From the NCBI RefSeq assembly GCF_009914755.1, contig NC_060928.1: a stretch of DNA of 64,000 bases, one strand, 5' to 3'. The notes under the pieces were generated by a model. It was not told the DNA's origin. It saw only the letters and a list, made by a program, of their open reading frames with translations, and searched no databases. Shown one piece after another: positions 54,624 to 64,000 of the stretch; the stretch's first letter is position 1; every line of letters starts with the position of its first letter. A program made the translations under genes and the position numbers. The stretch comes from the human T2T-CHM13v2.0 reference genome, Homo sapiens.

Positions 54624-57600
54624 CAATATAGATACAAAATTTATATAGCTATTCATTTAAGTGAGTGAGAAGTGTATGGAGTAATTCTGGAGCCTTGTGA
54701 ATTTCCTAAAAATAGGAAATTAATGCAATGTAAAATGAATATACATTATACAATTCTGTTTTCAATTGTCTGTTTGATGGAAGCAATTATAAAATACACT
54801 TTGTTTTAATTTAATGGCTTCCTTAGATACTCTATTATAAAAAGAGGCATTGTAAGATAGTATTACATTTGTCATTCATTGCTCTTGCTGTTTACATTTT
54901 GTTATTCTGATCAGTTTAAATACTGATGTGGAGGAGTATTCTTTACTTCCTTGGTCTAATGCATTATTATTAAGATGTTTAGCAATATTACATATTTAAA
55001 ATAGCAGTCTAACATTTGTTACATTGTGTATATGCTACACCAAAGTTTGCTAATTCTCTACTGAGTTACTTCAAAATAAGTATACTAAAATAATATATGA
55101 GATCTACAAAAAATACGTAGTTGGTAGTAAGGAAGCATTGGTATTTTAAATCCTTAGCCCTTTATCAAATATTCTAGACATTTGTGTTTTTTTTAAAAAA
55201 ATCTAATCTCCTACCACAACAGAAAGACTTTAATTCATATTCAAGAAAATTTTGAAAACTTCAGTAACATTTTCAGTTTTCAAATGCAAAGTTTACTATA
55301 CCAAACCATATGTTTATTTTTTCACCAAATCAGCTAAATAGGGAACACATTGCTATCACTAATTTATCCAACTCAGTGTTTAGACTACATAATTGAATTC
55401 TTCTCAATCAATTTACAGGTGTGTATAACATATTTATAGTGACTGAAACATTTTAAATGATGCATGCTTAGTTTATGAATATACCTCAAAATGTAATAAA
55501 TTTTTATTTTTTAGCATTTTTTATCTGGAGGCTTAAGTTTTTATCAGTTTAGTGTGTTCCTTTCAATTACACACCTGGAACTCAGTAAATATGAACGCAT
55601 TTTAATCTCCCCTTTGGATATGTGTTTTATTCTTTAGATGCAACAATGAAGCGTAAAAAATAATCTCATCTCTGAACATATAAGCATCTGAAAGGCAATC
55701 GAGTTTGTAAAAATTGCAGATTTTTATTGTCTAGACATATTACAAATTTATCAATCTAAAATGCACTTACCATTACTTAAGTGAATCAATTGTAAAACTA
55801 CATTTCAGAAGTGCCCTTAATGTAGAGAAAAACCACATTCAATGAGCTGTAGATGACCATTAAAGAGGGCATTTTTCCAAATACTCTCTATGACATTGTG
55901 TTCATGTTCCTTAATGCCTCTTCAAGGTAACTTATTTGTTTACTGTCACTTTAAATTGTTTTTTTTAAATAGTCAGAAGATACAGTACATTAGATTAACA
56001 TGCAAGCACCCCCGCTAAGGTTTCGCATAATTTCTGTGCTACTAGTGACTCTGATTTCTGTTTTTATTTATATCCATAATGAGTTAAAATTGCAATTTCA
56101 CCTTATTTCTAAGGTTTCTTATTTGGTGTTCACTTAATTAAAAGTATCATCGCTGCTGCTATAGTGATAGCAAAATATGAAGCTGTCTTGAAAACTTTGG
56201 TTAAAGGTCTTTATACATATAAAACCTGCATTTTGAGAAAACTTGCAATGAAGTTTTAATTCTAATAATTTGGTATTTCTTAGAAACAAAAATTAAGATA
56301 TAGTATTTTTTTTCTTGTGACTAACTACCATGTGGCCCTTTGTGTGTACTATTGTATTAATATTAATAAAAGAATGCTATGTCTGGTTAAGTTTGATGGC
56401 TTAAAATATTAAGCATTGTGGTTTCCAAGTCTAAAGCATTTGATACTTGTACAACTAAGAATTGCAGAGAATGCTCAATTTCCCAAGTTTAGTTGTATAA
56501 AACCAGATTATTGACTGTGACAGCTCCACTCTATTAGATGGATCACATTTCTATATGGTAGACATCAGAATGGTGGGGGACTGTAGACTAGAATCCACAA
56601 ATTGTACCAATCCTTGAAGATGTAGTAAAACATTTTAAAGGTATTATAATGCTAAAGCATGCTTTTTTTTTGCATTACTGTAGTCTGAAAAATAATTTGT
56701 TTTTGACTGATCACTTACTATATCAGATTAGAACAATTTTAGACCAAAATAATATTGATAAACCATTTAATCTTCTCTTTTTGTGTATATACATACACAT
56801 GTCAGTTGAAAAGAAACTTAGCTAAACTTATAAAATAACCATTCAATTAAATTGAATTTTACTTGTATATCTTCTTTATTCCTGCCCTCTCTAATTTCTG
56901 CCCCATTTCCTGTCCTACTATCTGAGTCAAGTCACTTCTTATTTCTCCCAGAAAAACTTGTGCATAGTTTTATGAGAATTTCAACATTCTACATTGAAAT
57001 TGACAGTTGTTTGTCTTTTCCTTTACTTTAAACAACTTGACAGAAGCTGTATATTTTTCATTAATCTTGTAATATTTTAATAACTCTATAAATACTTTTT
57101 AAGTTAATGAATAACAGTAGTGTATGTAAAGTTACAGCTGAAGTGTCAGTTGGCCTGAAAGTCTTCAGCCAAGTTTAAACACTTGTGGCTTTAACTTGGT
57201 GAGAGTCTGATGTACAAGAAATATTTCAGTTGATTAAAAAGGGAGATAATTTAGAATATTTGGCATCATATTGCATATTTAAATTAATGATGAGGGAACA
57301 ATCAGATGGATACTGATTGGCTCATGTAGGTCAGCTTTACAGTTTTCATTCCTATGGTTTTGACCCAAGTCCAGAAAGATGTTTTGAAAGATTATATGGA
57401 TAATTTCATCATTTACATTTATTTTCCTGGTTAGTCAAGCATAATGATATATCGTAAGAGTAGACCAATTAATTTTATATTGCTCATTTTTTATATTTTG
57501 GATAGCAGATCAATATAAGAATAGATTTACAAAAGAAATTATTAGGCTATTATGGCAATGGTCATAAAACAATTAGATATTATTAAATAAGTCATAATCA

Positions 57601-58422
57601 TATATGCTTTATTGTTTGATATTTCATTATTTAAAATTATGGTTCGTGAAATGAAATATGACTTTAACTCATTTTTCATGATGTAACAACCATTTCACTC
57701 CATGATATTTAATCTTATGAATAGTAGTGTCTCCTTGTTAGAGAAAAAGATACTACAAAATGTAGATTTGAACTAGGATATTTTTCCAAATTCAATTCAA
57801 TCAAGTTTGATTTAAAATAATTTAGTTTAGCAAATTTTTACTGAAAACTTAACATTATCTTTGGCATTGTTCTCTACACAGAGTACCTCTTAGTCCAGGC
57901 TTACTATTCAGAAGCATTTCTAAACCTTATTACTATCACTGAAAGATTTGTTTGCAGTATCCTAGCAATCTTATTATTGCTATAACAAAACTAAATGTAT
58001 TTATTTACAAACATATCACTTTACTATTTGTAGTAAAACAACACTAAATAGCAGTAAGCTTTTTAGTGTGTAAAATTATCTATAAGATTTTGTAGGTAGA
58101 AAATAGAGGGTGACCTCACAAGCTCCTCCAGAAATGGTCTTAATGAATTTACTCACACTCTGTAAACCTCTCAGATATGTTTTCTTATTTACACTTACGT
58201 TGTAAAAGTTCTAGGGCTTTTTTCCTAATCATTAAATTTCAATGCTACATATAACAAAGAGATATTTAACAAATCTGAGTTTCATTAAGAATAAACATTT
58301 TGAATAATTAAATGAGAATATTTCTGAAAGCTCACTTTAGATTTATATGTCTCCCAAAGGATATAAAGAAACAAATCCATATGAACTCAAGTTACCTTAA
58401 TGGAATGTGTCTTATTAACTTA

Positions 58423-58729
58423 TTTTTATTTTATTATTTCTTTTACAGACAGGGTCTCATTCTGACACCCAGGCTGGAATGCTATGGTGTAATCATGGCT
58501 CACTGCAGCCTTGAACTCTGGGAATGAAGGTATCTTTTCACCTCAGCCTACACACTACCTTGGACTACAGGCATGCACCACCACATTCAGCTAATTTTAT
58601 AGATTTTTTTGGTAGAGATAGGGCTTCACTATGTTGCCCAGGCTGGTCTAAAACTCCTGGCCTCAAGCAATCCTCCTACTTAGGCCTCCCAAAGTGCTTG
58701 GAATATAGACATGAGCTGCTGTGCCCAAC
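58423..58729 (-). mobile_element. AluJ (Jo/Jr-like)
   Basis: atcatggctcactgcagccttgaac, ctatgttgcccaggctggtct and ctcaagcaatcctcc; degenerate TSD tgtcttattaactta/tgttttattaattta. Confidence 0.9.
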
Positions 58730-58847
58730 ATGTTTTATTAATTTAAAATACTATGTTCAATCAAGTCTTAATGATATAATTAAGAATGAGCTATGTCTAT
58801 ATGAGGGGAGAATATAACATTTTTTGATTTTCAATAATTTTCATCCA

Positions 58848-60490
58848 AGAAACTCAAGGAAATCAAAGAACTCAAAATAATTCTTTAAAGAAGGTCAGCA
58901 AACTACAAGAAAATACACAGAAACAATCCAATTAAATCAGGAAAATGACAAATTGCCAAAATAAGAAATAAAATAAAGAGATTGACATTACTAAAGAAAA
59001 ATTAAACAGAAATTCTGAAATTGAAAAGTACAATGAATTAAATAAAAAAAATTAAAGGGCATCAATAGCAAAGTTGACCAGGAAGAAGATTCTGTGAACT
59101 TGGAGACAGATTATTTGAAAACATACAGTCAGAGGATTAAAAAACGGTGAAAAGGCATAAAGAACCTTATGAGATTTATGGAACTGGATCAAAAGAGAAG
59201 ATATCCAAATTATAGGAGCTGAAGGAGAAGGAGAGATAAAGGAAAAAAAATTATGTTATGAAATACTAGCAGAAAACTCCCAAGTCTGCAGAAAATTATA
59301 AATTTCCAGGTACAGGAAGGTCAAAGGTCTCCAGTGTAATCCAAATTACAGTACATCAAAATATAATCAAACAGTCAAAAACCAAAGACAAATAAAGGAT
59401 CCTGAAGGAGCAAGAGAAAAATAGAAAATGAAATATAAGGAAGTTCTGATAAGGTGAGCATCAGATTTCTCAGCAGAAATTTCTTGGTGCAATCATGGAA
59501 GGTCAAAGGTCTCCAGTCAGATTAAATTTAAATTAAACTACACTAAATTTTGTTGTTTTGAAGGTTTGTCAAAAAATTAAAAATAGAACTACCTTATGAT
59601 CCAGCAGTCTCACTACTGGATATATATCCAAGAGAAAAACAAAACAGTGTGTCAAAGAGATATCTGTACTCTCATGCTCATGGAAGCATTTATTCACAGA
59701 GGCCAAGATATAAAATAAGCCTAAGTGTCCATCAACAGGTTAATGGATAAATGAAATGTAGTATAAATAATGTATGGATGCACATAATACAATTAATGAA
59801 ATGAAAAATGAAATAAAGAACATCAATGGCAAAATTGATCAAGAGGAAGATTCTGTAAACTGAGAGACAGATTATTTAAAAAACATGCAATCAGAGGAGA
59901 ACAAAGAGGGTGAAAAATGATAAAGAAGTTTATGGAATTTATTGAACAGCATCAAAAGAACAAATATCCAAATTAGAAGCATTCAACAAAAAGAAGGAAT
60001 AGTATTCCTATTCAGTTCTAAAATAAAATACTCTTCAGCTTTAAAAAAGAAGAAAATCCTGTTATTTACAACAACATGGATGAATCCAGAATACATTATG
60101 TTAAATGAAAGAAGACACAGAAAGGCAAATACTGCATTATCTCACTTTCATGTAGAATCTGAAAGAGTTGACCTCATAGAAGTAGAGAGTGGCAGGGGCA
60201 GGGGTTGGGAGTGTTGGTCAAAGGATCCAAAATTTTAGTTAAGAAGAACAAGTTGAAGAGATATATTGCATAAAATAGCAACTGGAGTTATTATCAATGT
60301 ATTGTATTTTAAAAAACTGCTGAGAGGATTTTTAAGTGTTTGTACTACAAAAAATAAGTATGTGAGATAATGTATATATCAACTGGCTCTATTGAGCCAT
60401 TCTACACTGTTCATATATTTCAACACATTATGTTGTACATGACAATTATATACATTTTTAATTTGTCAATTGAAAATAAGTTAATTTTCA
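58848..60490 (+). mobile_element. Rearranged L1MA (L1MA7/8-like 3' UTR): ORF1 joined to the 3' end with duplicated ORF1 pieces
   Basis: ORF1-like 58848-59485 (ends cagatttctcagcagaaa); 3' end at 59560-59770 and 60025-60490; second ORF1 copy at ~59785-59985. Confidence 0.85.
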
Positions 60491-61649
60491 AAAGATACTA
60501 AACAAAATCAACTGCAAAACAAAATTTTTGAAAAAGAATCATAAAGTACCAAAACACAAAACAATTCAAAGATTTACATAGCTTTTTAATGGGAACAATA
60601 ATTTTCTCACAATGAAAACTAACACCTTAGATATTACATGGGGGAAAAACATTCCTCATGCACTATATGTGATATATTACAAATAATAATACATGGAAAA
60701 ATTTTGGGGACAATATAAAGACATCTCTATTTTATACATGTTATTATATATAAAATAAGACAAATAAAAAACAATAATTGTGATGGGAAGACTAAATAAT
60801 TTAATGATATTATATTTTATGTATAATGCAGCTCCATACCAAACCTTTGCAGTAGAATTAACACGTTCATGTACTTAACTTAATGATGGTAAAATACTGT
60901 TGGATAATAAACAAGAAAATATTTAATACTTTTCAAAAATGAGAATAATTCTAACAATGTGAATTAAAAGATTGGTAAACAAAGGTTGATATTGGTACAG
61001 TAGATATTTCAGTAGAAGTGAATATGAGTTTGTATAATATAGTATTTGATAAAAAGTGGCATTAGTTCCAATTGAGGACCTAAAGGAAATAAATTTAGAC
61101 AACTAGTATTACCTGCCATGTGAACTGGGGTTTATTGTGTAATAATGAGGAAAAAAGCACCATCATTCTTTCTGCAGAACCAAGTAGTGAAAAACATGAC
61201 GATATTTGAGATATCCCCTTTCAAAACAAAATAAGTCTAATACATGTATAGAATAATGCACTTGGAACAATTTTATTAACATGAAGGAAAACTAACTTGT
61301 TTAATAAAATTGCTATTTTCTATAATCATACAGCTGCAGAATGGTGTCAATATACATAAATATACCCTAAATTAAATGTGTGCTTCTAATCATATGTGGA
61401 TCAGTCAATAAAATATAACAGATATACAAGCAAAATGTTTGCTATGTATTTGGTTGTGAAGGATAAATAAGATTTTGGTTACATATTTAGTTTCTTAATA
61501 CTAGGAAAAGTGATACTTAGCATAATTTTACTGATATACCCTGTTAAAATTTCCCTATGATTTACTATCTCCAAATTTCTTGTTCAATCCTGGAGTTCTA
61601 CAATGATCGTTGTGATAGAAGATACTATACCACTTCTTTTTTTTTTAAA

Positions 61650-64000
61650 TAAGGATGACTAGGGATATTGGATGCCAGTTCTCCTCAGAGAGAAGATCAA
61701 AGTGCAGGTGAATGGTCATGATCTGAGTGGAAGGCTGAAGGAAGAGGTCCAGGACCTGTTGGACAGCCCATGGAAAGAAGCTGGAGGACAGAAAAGGAAA
61801 GCAGCAAGAGTCTAGCAGGGATGGACCACTGAGGAACTCAGAGTCCCGTGGAAAGGGTAGGTGGCGGTATTTCTCTGTGTGCTCCCCGCACCCCTGTGAC
61901 AATCTACTGACTGCCAAATTGTTTGGGAGCCCCTCTACCCTTATGTTCCCAGGTAAACCTTTTGGTGACAATTTGGGAACTTCTCAGGGATAGAGCACCA
62001 AGTGGCCAGCTCCTGAAGGTGTGCTGGCGCTCCCCTCAGGCCTGAACTGAGATGGTGGGCACTATACTGACTCTGCACCCATTGTGGGTGAGTGCCTTAC
62101 CTGGGAAACCTCAGCCCTTGTTTTGCTGCATCATCAGACACACCATAAACACACCCTAGAACCTGCTCTGACTTTGGCAACCATGGGGCATTAGTGGGTC
62201 TCTGGGGAGCGGCAGAATCCCTGGAGATCTAGTGGCAGAATCTCTGGGCAGCCTCAACACGGGCTGCTTCCAAGGGAGTGGGTAGCACAACCTGCCAAAG
62301 CCTCTCTTGGGACAAAAGAAACATGGGCACGGCATCAATAGCTGAAGGGGGTGTAACAAATGGCCAGAAATGAATACTGAGGGGAGGTTCTCTCCCACTC
62401 CTCCCAACCACTGTCGCAGACACAACAGAGACTTTACTTGCTGGAGGCTGACACGAGTGCATTTTTACTTGTGAGACAGCCTTTTCAGCACTTTTTGTGC
62501 CGGCTGCGCCCCCATTGAAAGTTAGCCCGTGCTGCATGGGCTTGCATGAAGGGTGGACCCATTTCCCCGACCTATATAGAGCAGCAGTGTCTGGGCAATG
62601 GAGAGCAGAGAAACCGCACAGCTGTCTGCTCTGGAATGGAGGAAGAGGCTCTGCATTGAGCCCATTTTGTGGGTAGCCACCAGAGGAGGATTTCGGGGGA
62701 CCTCAGTTGCACTGCAGCTGGTAGCCAAAGGACAATGTCAATATTAATCAAAGGTCGCAAGCCCTGTAACAGGAGTTTGATGGGGAAGAAGATCGCATTC
62801 CTCTCTGGCCAGAACAAGGACCTGGTGCATCCACCCTCACACCGCCTCTTCCTCACCCAACCCGTGGGACCTCAGTGTATCCCAACACAATCTCACCCTG
62901 CTATCTCTCCTCAACCTCCATCAGGGCAGGTGCTTCCGTGCATTATTGGGCTGCCCCAGGGCAAGCTGGCGCTTACTCTTTTACGCCACCTACTGGAAGG
63001 TAGACTGAACTGCACCACCGAATAAGAAACCTTTCAAGCATAGGCTGGCGCACAAGATCAGCTTCCTGAGACTTTCGCACTCTCAGCCCTGTAGAAAACA
63101 GTGTGTCAGATCATATATCTAATCTTTTGCTACAACAAGCGGCATTTAAGAAAGCCACGGCACAAAAGCTATCCATAACTAAGGAACCCATACAGAACCC
63201 TGGCCTTCTGAAAATACCCAGAAACAAAGCCAAACAATCGTACACAACATACACTACAATCATATGCTCAAGGAAAAAACAAATAAACGAAAGTCTCATC
63301 CAAACAATAGCAAATTCAAAAATACTAAGCAAGAGCTTTTTTAGATGAGAAGGAATCAATGCAGTAACTCTGGAAGAACAAAGAGTCAGGGTGTTTTGAC
63401 ACCTCCAAAAGATTGCATCAGCTTTCTAGCAATGGATTCTAACCAAAATGAAAATTCTTAAATGACAGATAAAGAATTCAATATATAGATTGCAAAGAAG
63501 TTCAATGAGATGCAACAGAAAGTTAAAAGCCAACACACACACAAAAAAACAGAAAAAATGATTCAGGATATCAAAGATTAAATAGTTTATAGCTTTATAC
63601 ATATAAAACAACATATATAAAAAACACTTCTGAAATTACATATACTTTATAATTATTATATATAATAATTATTGAATATTACAGTTTTAAATTATATATA
63701 ATTGAAAAAATTATTATATATAATATGCATATTGAAAGAAACTAAATATTATTATTGTATATATTATGATATATGTATATTGAAAGAACTGAATGAAATT
63801 AGAACTAATAAAATCATAGATAGAATTAACAAAACAAAAAGTTGGCTTTTTTGAAAGGATAAAATTGATAGACTGCTTACTAGATTAACCAATAAAAAAG
63901 AGAAGATTCAAATAAGGACAATCAGAATTTATAAAGGTGGCATTAGAACTGACACCACAGAAATACAAAAGATCACTATAGACCTCTATGGAGATCTCTA
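61650..64000 (+). mobile_element. L1P4/L1PB-age LINE 5' region (long GC-richer 5' UTR, ORF1 start, jump to ORF2); continues beyond the window
   Basis: 5' UTR motif acgccacctactgg; ORF1 start agatgagaaggaatca...atgacagataaagaattca; ORF2 from ~63783 (aaaagttggctttttgaaaggata, actgacaccacagaaatacaaaagatca). Confidence 0.85.

Noticed and set aside
61645-63100. GC-richer region with several ORFs as a gene promoter or first exon
   Set aside because: It leads directly into L1 ORF1 sequence and is best explained as an L1 5' UTR with decayed CpGs.

Overview
This is primate genomic DNA (human or great-ape-like, judging by AluY elements including an AluYe5-like copy). It is AT-rich, CpG-poor and intergenic or deep-intronic. 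I recognise no intact protein-coding gene: the ORF track is explained by decayed retroelement frames, Alu or microsatellite read-through, and chance ORFs. The window is a layered transposon landscape. It holds a deleted HERV-L/MLT2A1 provirus (gag-pro-RT-RNase H, tRNA-Leu PBS), a near-full-length ancient L1MA on the minus strand, and several internally deleted or rearranged L1s. It also holds solo LTRs (THE1 x2, MSTB x2, MLT1A0, MLT2A2, MER41B), a Tigger3b DNA transposon, Alus/FLAMs, MIR/L2 relics, a full-length 7SL pseudogene and a long compound AGAT STR. I found no evidence for a new biological system. The most interesting signals are templated-insertion scars at several deletion junctions, STAT-motif turnover plus a poly(A) insertion in MER41B, a duplicated DR1 motif in a shuffled L1, and candidate enhancer and non-coding exon sequences. 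Subfamily names come from my recollection of consensus sequences and should be confirmed with Dfam/RepeatMasker.
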